Source of the DNA: Pseudomonadaceae bacterium | GTDB taxonomy: Bacteria; Pseudomonadota; Alphaproteobacteria; UBA2136; UBA6156 | Assembly (NCBI GenBank): GCA_024236095.1 | Contig: JACKLD010000012.1 | Span: forward strand, 345,219 to 409,218 | Length of the DNA: 64,000 nt | Direction of reading: 5' to 3' | In this document: positions 37,276 to 46,207 of the stretch, piece after piece | Position numbering within the stretch: position 1 is the stretch's first letter | Layout of the letters: every line of letters starts with the position of its first letter | Notes under the pieces: model-generated | Told to the model about the DNA's origin: nothing | The model's input: the letters and a program-made list of their open reading frames with translations, nothing else | The model's database searches: none | Position numbers and translations under genes: made by a program

Positions 37276-37482
37276 ATGCCGAAGAAGAAACCCGTAAATC
37301 CCCTCCAATCTCCCGCCGAGCGTCTGGCCGCCGTGGCCGAGTTGCTGGCCCTGGGAATCGTGCGATTGGCTGCCCGAAACGATGCCTCTCGAGAGAGAAA
37401 GAAAGCTGGACTTCCGCGGGCTTTGAAGCGTTCCTCCACATCAGAAAAACCCTTGAAAGGAAAGGAGAAATGCCATGGCTAG
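37276..37482 (+). CDS. Possible small basic protein (68 aa) preceding the DUF2924 gene
   Basis: MPKKKPVNPLQSPAERLAAVAELLALGIVRLAARN... aggagg lies upstream. The stop overlaps the next ATG by 8 nt. Confidence 0.35.
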   Translation: MPKKKPVNPLQSPAERLAAVAELLALGIVRLAARNDASRERKKAGLPRALKRSSTSEKPLKGKEKCHG

Positions 37483-37918
37483 TCTGGCTCTCCAGATTGC
37501 CCGATTGCCTGACCACAGCATGTCTGACCTGCGCTTGGTATGGCAGGAGGTGTTTGGCTTTCCATGCCCCCATGGCAACAACCGGATGTACATGATGCGC
37601 CGGATTGCCCATGCCTGGCAGGTGAAACGGTATGGTGGCCTGAGCGAGTTGGACCTCAAGCGGCTGGCGGCGTATGTCGATGAAACCAGCCGCAAGACCA
37701 AAGGTGAGCATAAAGTGGTACGCCCCTTGCCGGGAACAGTAATTGTACGCCGCTGGCATGAGGTGGAGCATCAGGTGATGGTGTTGCGCAGCGGGTTTGA
37801 GTATCGGAACGTCCGCTACAACAGCCTCACCGAGATTGCCCGCGTGATTACAGGCACCCACCAGTCTGGCCCCCTGTTCTTTGGCCTCAGCCGTTCCAGC
37901 AAGGCGCGGCGCTCATGA
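37475..37918 (+). CDS. DUF2924-family protein (usual partner of large serine recombinases)
   Basis: LRLVWQEVFGFPCP...RMYMMRRIAHAWQVKRYGGLS...PGTVIVRRWHEVEHQVMVLRSGFEYRNVRYNSLTEIARVITGTHQSGPLFFGL matches my recollection of DUF2924. Its stop overlaps the recombinase start. Confidence 0.7.
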   Translation: MASLALQIARLPDHSMSDLRLVWQEVFGFPCPHGNNRMYMMRRIAHAWQVKRYGGLSELDLKRLAAYVDETSRKTKGEHKVVRPLPGTVIVRRWHEVEHQVMVLRSGFEYRNVRYNSLTEIARVITGTHQSGPLFFGLSRSSKARRS

Positions 37919-39381
37919 AGCTAGCCCAGGCCAATTCTCCCTATCTCAAACCCAAGGTGCGCTGTGCGGTTTATACCCGCAAATCCACTGACGAAGGGTT
38001 GGCCATGGAGTACAACTCACTTGATGCCCAACGGGATGCGGCGGAGGCGTACATCCGGTCCCAGCTGCATGAAGGATGGGTTTTGGTGCCCGAGCGCTAT
38101 GACGACCCTGCCTATTCCGGTGGGACCATGGATCGTCCCGCCCTCCAGCGGCTGATGACCGATATCAAAGCCGGTCGGGTGCAGATGGTGGTGGTTTACA
38201 AGATTGACCGCCTGTCGCGCTCGCTGATGGATTTTGCCACCCTGGCACGGATGTTTGAGGAGCATGGGGCCAGCTTTGCCTCGGTGACCGAACAGTTCAG
38301 CACCGCCAATGCCATTGGTCGGCTGCACCTCAACATGATTCTGAGTTTTGCCCAATTCGAGCGGGAACTTGCAGGCGAACGCATCCGCGACAAGTTTTCC
38401 GCCTCCAAAAAGAAGGGGATGTGGATGGGGGGCTATCCTCCCCTGGGGTACGATGTGGCCAACCGCCACCTGCTGGTCAACACCCCTGAAGCTGAAACGG
38501 TGCGGTGGATCTTCCAGCGGTTTCTGGAACTGCGTTCATACCGTGAATTGGCCCGAGAATTAAACGCTGCAGGCCATCTCAGCAAGCTACTTGTTACCCA
38601 GCAGGGCAAACGCCGCGGGGGAAATCCGTTTACCCCGATGGCGGTCCACGCCATCCTTCGCAACCCCATTTACATTGGCAAAATCAATGATCATGGCACT
38701 CTCTATGATGGGTTGCACGAAGCCATCATCTCCACCGATGTGTGGGAACGGGTCCAGAAATCCATCAAGGCATCGCGTTTCAAAGGGCGGACGCCTGGAA
38801 AAACCTCCAGCATCTTAAGGGGTATGGTCCATTGTGCCTGCTGTAAATCGTCGATGGCGCATACGTTCACCCGCAAGAAGGATGGGCGTTTGTACCGCTA
38901 TTTCACTTGCAGCACAATGCGGCGACGTGTCGATCGGCATTGCTCCATGCCTACGGTTTCAGCGGACGAGCTGGAAAAGACCGTCTTGACGCAACTGCAA
39001 AATCTCCTCCGTCAACCGCGGGTCATCACGCAGGTTTGGGAGAGCCTTCAGGGTATAGGGCATGCGTTCTCGGAAGAGGATGTTCGTCGCCAATTGGGCA
39101 ACATGGCAGCGGTGTGGGACGAGCTATTTCCATTGGAGCAACGCAATCTCATTCAAATGTTGGTCCGTCGCGTGGAGATGTCTCCTCAGGGGGCGGACAT
39201 CCACATGCACATAGATCGGATTGGAGAACTGATGGTGGAGAACAATCCCAAGGAGGAAATGTCTGATGAAGTCAACAAACGAAATGCCCAACCCCGTGAT
39301 ACACGTGCCCATGCGATACCAGCGCACCGGCGGGCGGATCATGGTGCTGGCTCCGCACGCGGATACGGACAGCCTCGATGA
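37915..39381 (+). CDS. Large serine recombinase (resolvase catalytic domain + recombinase domain + zinc ribbon)
   Basis: VRCAVYTRKSTDEGL...NSLDAQR, VVVYKIDRLSRSLMDF, FAQFERELAGERIRDK and CxxC...C...C (CACCKS...CSTMRRRVDRHC). Confidence 0.9.
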   Translation: MKLAQANSPYLKPKVRCAVYTRKSTDEGLAMEYNSLDAQRDAAEAYIRSQLHEGWVLVPERYDDPAYSGGTMDRPALQRLMTDIKAGRVQMVVVYKIDRLSRSLMDFATLARMFEEHGASFASVTEQFSTANAIGRLHLNMILSFAQFERELAGERIRDKFSASKKKGMWMGGYPPLGYDVANRHLLVNTPEAETVRWIFQRFLELRSYRELARELNAAGHLSKLLVTQQGKRRGGNPFTPMAVHAILRNPIYIGKINDHGTLYDGLHEAIISTDVWERVQKSIKASRFKGRTPGKTSSILRGMVHCACCKSSMAHTFTRKKDGRLYRYFTCSTMRRRVDRHCSMPTVSADELEKTVLTQLQNLLRQPRVITQVWESLQGIGHAFSEEDVRRQLGNMAAVWDELFPLEQRNLIQMLVRRVEMSPQGADIHMHIDRIGELMVENNPKEEMSDEVNKRNAQPRDTRAHAIPAHRRADHGAGSARGYGQPR

Positions 39382-39688
39382 GGGTGTGGTGGGCAAGGTG
39401 CTGGGTGCGGTGGAGGCCTATGCCACCCGCGACGAGCGCCTACAGGCCATGCTAGCGGCGGAGATCGATAAAGCCCGCCAGCACGATGTGACGACCTTCG
39501 ACAAGAACGACCTGTTCAGTAACCGTCTGCGGAGCAGTGTGCGACCGCTCATCACCTTCGCGGCCATGGCTTGGTACATCTACGCCCGCCTGACCGGCAT
39601 TCCCCTAGCCGGGGAGGACTATGCCATCATCGGCGGGGTAATGATGTTCTGGTTCGGGTTCAGGCCGTTTGAGAAAAGACAGGTTTGA
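39341..39688 (+). CDS. 3-TM holin-like protein (GTA/phage holin family resemblance), start uncertain
   Basis: GVVGKVLGAV at the N-terminus, RSSVRPLITFAAMAWYIY and the C-terminal FGFRPFEKR resemble the holin-of-3TMs family as I recall it. Its 5' end overlaps the recombinase 3' end. The track ORF begins at 39266. Confidence 0.4.
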   Translation: MVLAPHADTDSLDEGVVGKVLGAVEAYATRDERLQAMLAAEIDKARQHDVTTFDKNDLFSNRLRSSVRPLITFAAMAWYIYARLTGIPLAGEDYAIIGGVMMFWFGFRPFEKRQV

Positions 39689-39690
39689 CT

Positions 39691-39704
39691 TTGATGTAGG
39701 TCAA
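39691..39704. promoter_or_regulatory. FNR/NnrR-type box upstream of nnrS
   Basis: TTGATgtagGTCAA matches TTGAT-N4-ATCAA at 9 of 10 half-site positions. Confidence 0.6.
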
Positions 39705-39710
39705 GAAGAT

Positions 39711-40934
39711 ATGTCTCAAATTATCTACAACGGTCTTATGAAAAATATTCATTCGGTTTCGCGGTATCTTTTCTCACTTGGTTTTAGGCCCTTTTTTTTA
39801 GGAGCAGGGGTTTATGCTGCGTGGTCGCTTATTGCATGGTTATCCGTTTATTTAGGGGGCGTTTCTATCCCTCATATATGGGACGATGGCATGGTGTGGC
39901 ATGCCCATGAGATGATTTATGGCTTTACGGCAGCGGTGATTGGGGGCTTTTTGTTGACGGCAGTGCCGAATTGGACCAAAGCCCGCCCTATACGGGCCTG
40001 GCCACTGATGGTGTTGTTTAGCCTGTGGTTAGTGGGGCGGTTAGTCATGCATTGCGGTTCGCTTTTACCCTGGGGGATTGTGGCTGCGTTAGATATGGTC
40101 TTTTTGCCTGCGGTGGGTTTAAGCCTATTACCCGCCGTGATACGTGGAAGCAGTGTGAGGAACTATGTTTTCTTTGTTATTCTGGCATTTATGACGCTGC
40201 TCAACGGTTTCATTCATGTGGGAATGCAAGGGTATGTGTTGTGGCTGGATGCTCATCAAGCCCTGCGTGCTGCCCTATTTTTGATTTGCCTGATGATCAC
40301 CATTTTTGGCGGACGTGTGGTACCGATGTTTACCCGCAATGCCTTGAAAGTGAGTGAGGTTGACGTTGTGATGCGTGTTCATCCACTTTTGGAAAAAGCC
40401 TCACTTGGTAGCGTGTTTATTCTTGTGGTTTTTGCGTTGATTGGACAGGCTGAGTCGGCATGGATGGGTTGGCTGGCTTTAATGGTAGGAGCTTTGCATC
40501 TGTTCCGGTTGTTTGGCTGGCACGGGCATCGTACCCTCCGCATGCCGATTGTATGGGTTCTGCACGCAGGATATGGCTGGATTGCCTTTGGTTTTTTAGC
40601 CTATGGATTGGCATTGTTGGTAGAGCCCTCCTTCATATTGGTCGCTTTACATATTTTAACCATTGGCGGCATTGGCACCATGACATTGGCCATGATGAGC
40701 CGCGTGAGCCTTGGCCATACCGGGCACAAACTTCAGGCTGCCAAGGCCGTGGTTGCCGCCTATGCCCTTCTTCAAGTGGCTGTTCTCGTGAGAATTGCAG
40801 GTGGGTTGGGGTGGTTGGATTATACCCATGCGATTGCCCTTTCGGGCATGTTATGGAGCACAACCTTTGCCTTGTTTTCGGCTGTTTACTTACCTATTCT
40901 GCTACGGCCACGGGCCGATGGGCCTGCAGATTAA
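39711..40934 (+). CDS. nnrS: NnrS-family membrane protein (NO-response, haem/copper protein family)
   Basis: YLFSLGFRPFFLGAG near the N-terminus and about 12 hydrophobic segments. An alternative start at 39738 (MKNIHS...) fits the promoter geometry better. Confidence 0.85.
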   Translation: MSQIIYNGLMKNIHSVSRYLFSLGFRPFFLGAGVYAAWSLIAWLSVYLGGVSIPHIWDDGMVWHAHEMIYGFTAAVIGGFLLTAVPNWTKARPIRAWPLMVLFSLWLVGRLVMHCGSLLPWGIVAALDMVFLPAVGLSLLPAVIRGSSVRNYVFFVILAFMTLLNGFIHVGMQGYVLWLDAHQALRAALFLICLMITIFGGRVVPMFTRNALKVSEVDVVMRVHPLLEKASLGSVFILVVFALIGQAESAWMGWLALMVGALHLFRLFGWHGHRTLRMPIVWVLHAGYGWIAFGFLAYGLALLVEPSFILVALHILTIGGIGTMTLAMMSRVSLGHTGHKLQAAKAVVAAYALLQVAVLVRIAGGLGWLDYTHAIALSGMLWSTTFALFSAVYLPILLRPRADGPAD

Positions 40935-41635
40935 AAGTTACGGAATGCGACCCTGACTTTGCGAGGAGTAGCGACAAACGCTTGATTCAGAATTATTTTC
41001 TGGGGTTCCAGATTTCCTAATGTTTCACCATGACGGTAATTTTGAACGTGATAGGTGCCCGTGTAGCCGCGCTGTTTCAGGTCATCCTGGATGGCCAGAA
41101 TATCTATCTCGTTCAGGAGGTCGGTGTGCACCGTGGTCCGGATATCCAGCGCAATCTGAGATTGGTGAATAAGCAAATCCAACGTTGTGCCAAACGCATC
41201 CCACAGGCTTTCGCGCAGGCCCGTCACCTGTTTAAATTTGGGCCGGGGTGCTTTGTAATCCATGGCCACCATGTCCAAAAGCCCTTCCGCAACCAAAGCC
41301 TGTACCACATCAGGGCGGGTACCGTTGGTGTCCAGCTTCAATCTGTAGCCAAGGGCTTTGACATCTTTGGCAAATGACACCAGGTGCGGGTGCAGCGTTG
41401 CCTCACCGCCCGAAAACACCACACCCGTCAGCCTTCCCTGCCGTTGCTGCAGGAAAGCGAGGATTTCGTCCCATGGTTTTATACCCACACTCCGCACCAT
41501 CTCGGGGTTATGGCAGTAAGCGCAGCGCAGGTTGCACCCTGCAAACCAGACAATACAGGCCAATTCACCGGGGTAATCCAGTTGCGTAAAGGGGGTGAGG
41601 CTATACACCCCCACAGGTTTTGTGCAGGTTGCCAT
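40931..41635 (-). CDS. nrdG: Anaerobic ribonucleoside-triphosphate reductase activating protein (radical SAM)
   Basis: DYPGELACIVWFAGCNLRCAYCHNPE (CxxxCxxC), immediately downstream of nrdD. Confidence 0.9.
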   Translation of the reverse strand: MATCTKPVGVYSLTPFTQLDYPGELACIVWFAGCNLRCAYCHNPEMVRSVGIKPWDEILAFLQQRQGRLTGVVFSGGEATLHPHLVSFAKDVKALGYRLKLDTNGTRPDVVQALVAEGLLDMVAMDYKAPRPKFKQVTGLRESLWDAFGTTLDLLIHQSQIALDIRTTVHTDLLNEIDILAIQDDLKQRGYTGTYHVQNYRHGETLGNLEPQKIILNQAFVATPRKVRVAFRNF

Positions 41636-41638
41636 AGG

Positions 41639-43639
41639 TCAGGCGACATTCAGCTTCAGTGATGTTTGTGTGGCTTTATCTTCCGTAAAATGCTTGCGGC
41701 CACGGTGCTCGCCCTTTTTGCCCAGATTAAAGCTGGAGACTGGCCGGTAGTAGCCCATCACCCGTGTCCACACCTCGGTGGTTTGGCCGCAGTGGGGGCA
41801 ACTATGATGCTCGCCTGATAAATATCCATGCTCTTGGCACACACTAAACACGGGGGTGATGGTAATGTACGGCAAGCGATAGTTTTGCAGCACGGTTTTG
41901 ACCAGTTGTTTGCAGGTTTCCCCATCTGTTAGCTTTTCGCTCATGTACAGATGCAATACGGTTCCGCCGGTATATTTTCCTTGCAGATCGTCTTGCAAAT
42001 CCAGGGCCTCAAAGGGGTCATCGGTATGGCCGACCGGGATTTGCGAGGAGTTGGTGTAATAAATATTCGCTTCGGTGCCTGCCTGCAAAATATCGGGAAA
42101 GCGTTTGATATCCTCCTTGGCGAAGCGGTAAGTTGTCCCTTCAGCCGGGGTTGCTTCTAGATTATACAGATGCCCAGTTTCTTCCTGGTAGGCTTTCAGG
42201 CGGGTGCGGATATGTTCCAACACTTCAGCGGCCATGCGACGGCCCTGCTCGCTGGTCACGTCGGTGGCACCTCTCGTAAAGTTCAGCAGCATTTCGTTGA
42301 TACCGTTCACGCCGATGGTTGAGAAGTGGTTCATAAAACCCCGCAAATACCGCTTGGTATAGGGGTAAAGGCCACGGTCATACTGCTGCTGGATAAAGCG
42401 CCGTTTGGCTTCCAAACTGTCGCGGGAAATATCCATCAGCCGTTCAGTTTCAGTAAGCAAGCCCTGCCAATTGCCTGTGAAACGGTGGCCCAAACGCGCC
42501 ATGTTGAGTGTTACTACCCCAATACTGCCAGTCATTTCAGCGCTGCCAAACAGGCCATTGCCACGCTTGAGCAGCTCGCGCAAATCCAACTGCAAGCGGC
42601 AGCACATGCTGCGCACGGCGCCGGGCTGGTAGGCATCTGGGTTGGCCACACGGTTGCCGTGCTCGTCGGTTTTATATTGGCTGCCCACAAAGTTTTGAAA
42701 GTAGCTACTGCCCACTTTGGCGGTATTTTCAAAAATGGCACCGGCAACCTTGCTATTCCAGTCAAAATCCTCGGTAATATTGACAGTAGGAATCGGGAAC
42801 GTGAACGGCTGCCCATGGCTATCGCCTTCCGTCATCACTTCGTAATAAGCCAAGTTAATCAATTCCATTTCTGGCGTAAAATGGCTGTAGCGAAGGTCGG
42901 TCAATGCTTTGATGGTAAAGTCGCGCTGCTTGGCTTTTTCCAGCAAATCTTCCCGATGAGAGAGTTTTTCAAACAAGTGCCGGTCTTGATAGGTGGGCCA
43001 TTGGCTGGCTAAATCTTCGGGCACCACAATATCCAACGTGATGTTGGTAAACGGGCTTTGCCCCCAGCGGGAAGGCACATTCAGGTTATACACAAACTGC
43101 CGGACGGCTTTCTTGACCTCGGCAAAACCAAGGTTATCAATAAACACATAAGGTGCCAGGTAGGTATCAAAGCTGCTAAACGCCTGTGCTCCCGCCCATT
43201 CCGATTGTAAAATACCTAAAAAGTTAGCCATTTGCCCCAATGCTTCACGGAAATGTTTAGGTGGGCGGCTACCAACCCGTCCATGGCCGCAGTTGAAACC
43301 TTCATTCAACACTTGTCGGAGGCTCCAGCCTGCGCAGTAACCAGTTAGGCAATCGAGGTCGTGTATATGGATATCGGCGTTGCGATGCGCTTCACCAGCC
43401 TCGGTGCTGTACACTTCATCCAGCCAGTAGTTGGCAATCACCTTCCCTGCCAGGTTACTCACCAACCCGGCATTGCTGTAACCTACATTGGCATTGGCTT
43501 TGACTCGCCAATCGCTTTGGCTCAGATACTCCTCCACCGTGCTTTGGCACACCACATGGCGTGGTGTCTTTTCATGTCTGTTCTCTGCTGGGATAGAGGG
43601 GGTAGGTTGAAAATCAGACAGCGCAATTACCTTCGCCAT
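41639..43639 (-). CDS. nrdD: Anaerobic (class III) ribonucleoside-triphosphate reductase
   Basis: 666 aa with C-terminal zinc ribbon CQEHGYLSGEHHSCPHCG and glycyl-radical motif TRVMGYYRP. I see no ATP-cone at the N-terminus. Confidence 0.92.
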   Translation of the reverse strand: MAKVIALSDFQPTPSIPAENRHEKTPRHVVCQSTVEEYLSQSDWRVKANANVGYSNAGLVSNLAGKVIANYWLDEVYSTEAGEAHRNADIHIHDLDCLTGYCAGWSLRQVLNEGFNCGHGRVGSRPPKHFREALGQMANFLGILQSEWAGAQAFSSFDTYLAPYVFIDNLGFAEVKKAVRQFVYNLNVPSRWGQSPFTNITLDIVVPEDLASQWPTYQDRHLFEKLSHREDLLEKAKQRDFTIKALTDLRYSHFTPEMELINLAYYEVMTEGDSHGQPFTFPIPTVNITEDFDWNSKVAGAIFENTAKVGSSYFQNFVGSQYKTDEHGNRVANPDAYQPGAVRSMCCRLQLDLRELLKRGNGLFGSAEMTGSIGVVTLNMARLGHRFTGNWQGLLTETERLMDISRDSLEAKRRFIQQQYDRGLYPYTKRYLRGFMNHFSTIGVNGINEMLLNFTRGATDVTSEQGRRMAAEVLEHIRTRLKAYQEETGHLYNLEATPAEGTTYRFAKEDIKRFPDILQAGTEANIYYTNSSQIPVGHTDDPFEALDLQDDLQGKYTGGTVLHLYMSEKLTDGETCKQLVKTVLQNYRLPYITITPVFSVCQEHGYLSGEHHSCPHCGQTTEVWTRVMGYYRPVSSFNLGKKGEHRGRKHFTEDKATQTSLKLNVA

Positions 43640-43652
43640 GGCCAGGGCTCCT

Positions 43653-43701
43653 TTTCTATATGTTGTTTGTTAGGTATGCCTAATAACACCATATATAGTT
43701 A
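43653..43701. promoter_or_regulatory. Two candidate NrdR boxes in the nrdD promoter
   Basis: acaccatatatagtta (43686-43701) and tttctatatgttgttt (43653-43668) resemble acaCwAtATaTwGtgt. Their centres are 33 bp apart. Confidence 0.45.
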
Positions 43702-43710
43702 TTTCTGCGT

Positions 43711-43724
43711 TTGATGTATCTCAA
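43711..43724. promoter_or_regulatory. FNR-type box upstream of nrdD
   Basis: TTGATgtatCTCAA. The centre is 78.5 nt upstream of the nrdD ATG, and an AGGAG Shine-Dalgarno is present. Confidence 0.6.
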
Positions 43725-43754
43725 GTATGACCATTCCATAGTTTGTTTGCGAGA

Positions 43755-43782
43755 ATAAAAAAGGCAGGGACTGTGCCCTGCC
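43755..43782 (-). terminator. Rho-independent terminator ending the narK-narGHJI-MCP transcription unit
   Basis: On the minus strand, ggcaggg cacagt ccctgcc is followed by ttttttat, 24 nt after the MCP-like stop. Confidence 0.7.
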
Positions 43783-43805
43783 AGTAACAAGCACTCTGGC
43801 CTAAA

Positions 43806-44810
43806 TTACTGCAGGTTTTTCAGCTCCCGCATAAACGTTGCCATATTAGAAGCATCATGAATGTGCCCCATGTGCTGGCTGATAGAACCAAGCTGTTCAG
43901 TCAATCCAGCTTTATGCTGTTCTGGGTCAGAAAGTAATAGGGTTGAAATATCGTTGGTTGCCCCATTTAAGGCCGCAACCTGTTCCCGAATCGTGATGGT
44001 TGACTGTGCGGTTCGGCTAGAAAGCTGTTTGACCTCGCCGGTTACAACGGCAAAACCTTGTCCAGCTTCTCCTGCGCGGGCTGACTCAATAGCCGCATTC
44101 AGGGCAAGCAGGTTGGTTTGGCTTGCAATCGAACCGATAAGCTGAACAACCTCACCAATGGTTTTTCCAGCGCTGACGGCAGCCTGGATGCTTTTTTGAG
44201 CCACTTCGGCGTTATCGGAAATAGCTTGGGTTTCGCGTTTGGTTTCATTGGCGTGACTGACCATTTCAACGGCTGTCTTTTGGAGCATATCGATAGCGCT
44301 TGCCATTTCAGTACTGACGTCACGCAAAGTGTTTTCAAGTGTTATGGCCACAGCGGTAAAACTACTGATACGATTGGCCACAGCATCTGTTGCTTTGTTG
44401 ATAATATGGGCGCTACGAGCTACATCGCCATGCAGTCCGTGGGGCAGAATGCGCCTGAAGTAGCGGCTCTGGCTAATGTAGGCCATGCTGGCCGAGGCTT
44501 CCCGGACAAACGCGTCAATATGGTCGGTGTGGTTGTTGACGGCCTGTACTAGCGCAAACAATTCAGGGTGCTCGGGTCTGCGTGTAACACGCTGTTCAAA
44601 TTCGCCCTGCGAGATCAGACGACACTCATGAATAATTTGTCTCATATAGTGATCTTCCGAGTATCCAGCTAACCGTAGGAAAACATCGTTTGCATACGTG
44701 ATATGCCCTTTAAGATCGGTTTTCGTGACGATAATTTCATCCGCAGTAAAGGGACGGGCAATACCGGTCAAGGTTAGTTTTTCGTCGCGGCGGGGGGTAC
44801 GTCGAGCCAT
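43806..44810 (-). CDS. Soluble methyl-accepting chemotaxis-like signalling protein with an N-terminal PAS remnant
   Basis: The highly conserved MCP hairpin is [44 protein letters not shown]. The N-terminus [27 protein letters not shown] resembles the first strands of an Aer-type PAS domain. There is no hydrophobic segment. The ATG lies 1 nt after the narI stop. Confidence 0.8.
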   Translation of the reverse strand: MARRTPRRDEKLTLTGIARPFTADEIIVTKTDLKGHITYANDVFLRLAGYSEDHYMRQIIHECRLISQGEFEQRVTRRPEHPELFALVQAVNNHTDHIDAFVREASASMAYISQSRYFRRILPHGLHGDVARSAHIINKATDAVANRISSFTAVAITLENTLRDVSTEMASAIDMLQKTAVEMVSHANETKRETQAISDNAEVAQKSIQAAVSAGKTIGEVVQLIGSIASQTNLLALNAAIESARAGEAGQGFAVVTGEVKQLSSRTAQSTITIREQVAALNGATNDISTLLLSDPEQHKAGLTEQLGSISQHMGHIHDASNMATFMRELKNLQ

Positions 44811-44811
44811 T

Positions 44812-45546
44812 TTAACCTCTCTTACGAACCAATTGATAACGACGCAGCACATAGCCTAAGGGCAATGCGACCACATGGATAAGCCGTGTGAAAGGAGTGA
44901 TGAGAATAAGGGTGAGCCCTAGCACAATATGAACCTTGAAAATTAGAGCTTCAGGCTGAACATACGCAGCCGCATTGGGTTGCAAGAATACGATGCTTTG
45001 TGCCCAGTTGGCCAAAGCTAGCATGCTGGAGCCATCGGGGTGTTGAGCTGACACAGGAATGGTTCCTAACCCCAGCAGAAGCTGTGCGAGCAGCATGACC
45101 AACAGTGCTATATCGGCAAAGCTGGAGGTACGCCGTACATGAGGGTGATTGGTGCGGCGGGTCAGCAGAATGATAAGACCAATGAGGCATAGCGCCCCAA
45201 AAAAACCACCCACAACCATGGCAATCAGTTGTTTAAGCTGAGCCGAAAGACCAAACGCTGTATAAAGCCAATGGGGGGTAAGCAAGCCCACAAAGTGCCC
45301 GCCCAAAATGGCCAAAATACCAATATGGAAGAGATTAATACCGATAAGGAACGTTCGGTCGTATCCCAAAAACTGGCTAGATTTACTGCGCACGGTAAAG
45401 GGTTCGCGGTCGAGCCGTAACAGGCAACCCACCACGCACACTACGGCGGCAATGTAGGGGTAAACCTGAAACAGCACCCAATGCAGGGCATCGGGGGTGG
45501 GTAACGTGGTCAGGGTGTGGGGATCAACCATGGTGTGGCTCCTCAA
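44812..45546 (-). CDS. narI: Respiratory nitrate reductase gamma subunit (cytochrome b)
   Basis: [36 protein letters not shown] and five hydrophobic helices. The start is possibly at Met6. Confidence 0.92.
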   Translation of the reverse strand: MRSHTMVDPHTLTTLPTPDALHWVLFQVYPYIAAVVCVVGCLLRLDREPFTVRSKSSQFLGYDRTFLIGINLFHIGILAILGGHFVGLLTPHWLYTAFGLSAQLKQLIAMVVGGFFGALCLIGLIILLTRRTNHPHVRRTSSFADIALLVMLLAQLLLGLGTIPVSAQHPDGSSMLALANWAQSIVFLQPNAAAYVQPEALIFKVHIVLGLTLILITPFTRLIHVVALPLGYVLRRYQLVRKRG

Positions 45547-46207
45547 TCGTCACATGGGTTGGTTTGGAAGGAAGCGGTTTAAGGGAGTTTGAGGCACAGC
45601 CAGGGTTGGGAAAAGCTTCTGGCTCGGCCCAGGTTGCCTCGGGGTCTGGTTCAATATCGGGGTTGATGGCTGCGGCGGCTGCCACACGGTTAGCTTCAGG
45701 GTGCGGTTCGCACAAGCTACAGAGTGCCTTCAATACGGGTGCATAAACATTCTGGCGTTGTTCCAAACGTTCCGCCAACAACAGCAAGATATGCCCGACT
45801 TCGCCCAGAAGGCGGCGGGCTTCTTTTTCCGGCTGACCGGCCATAAACTCCAGAAATGCCGGAAGGTAGTCCGGCGTTTCGCCGTTCGTGAGAAAGAGGT
45901 CGCTAGCAGCATAAAGATCAGCCAGTTCGGCCAAAGCCTGTCCGCGGTCACGACTTTCGCCATACACATGTTCAAATAAGTGCAGCGATAGCCCTGGGTG
46001 GCGATCAAATAGCGCGACATAGCCTTCCTGCGCATCCAGCAGCGGGGTATGGGTTAAATGCTTGAACACAGGCTCAAGGCTCTGGTGATGCGGTGCGGAA
46101 AGAGCTTCCTCAGCCTGCAGCACTTGGCGTAATTCAGGCAAGGCTGTAAGCAAATCAGCCGTTGGATATGTGAGCAAAAGCCCAAGGGTTTGGAAAGTAC
46201 GCATCAA
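45524..46207 (-). CDS. narJ: Nitrate reductase molybdenum cofactor assembly chaperone (delta subunit)
   Basis: Lies between narH and narI. FQTLGLLLTYPTADLL...LFDRHPGLSLHLFEHVYGESRDRGQA is typical of NarJ. Confidence 0.9.
   Translation of the reverse strand: MMRTFQTLGLLLTYPTADLLTALPELRQVLQAEEALSAPHHQSLEPVFKHLTHTPLLDAQEGYVALFDRHPGLSLHLFEHVYGESRDRGQALAELADLYAASDLFLTNGETPDYLPAFLEFMAGQPEKEARRLLGEVGHILLLLAERLEQRQNVYAPVLKALCSLCEPHPEANRVAAAAAINPDIEPDPEATWAEPEAFPNPGCASNSLKPLPSKPTHVTIEEPHHG

Noticed and set aside
39250-39381. The idea that the serine recombinase is frameshifted into the 39266 ORF, because of the RTGGRIMVLAP-like stretch.
   Set aside because: The recombinase ORF already contains all three expected domains. 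The downstream ORF is better explained as a separate holin-like gene starting at 39341. I cannot substantiate the frameshift without alignments.
39266-44810. The possibility that the island is a prophage, because of the holin-like gene.
   Set aside because: There are no capsid, terminase, tail or lysis-enzyme genes anywhere between the direct repeats. The cargo is entirely metabolic and regulatory.
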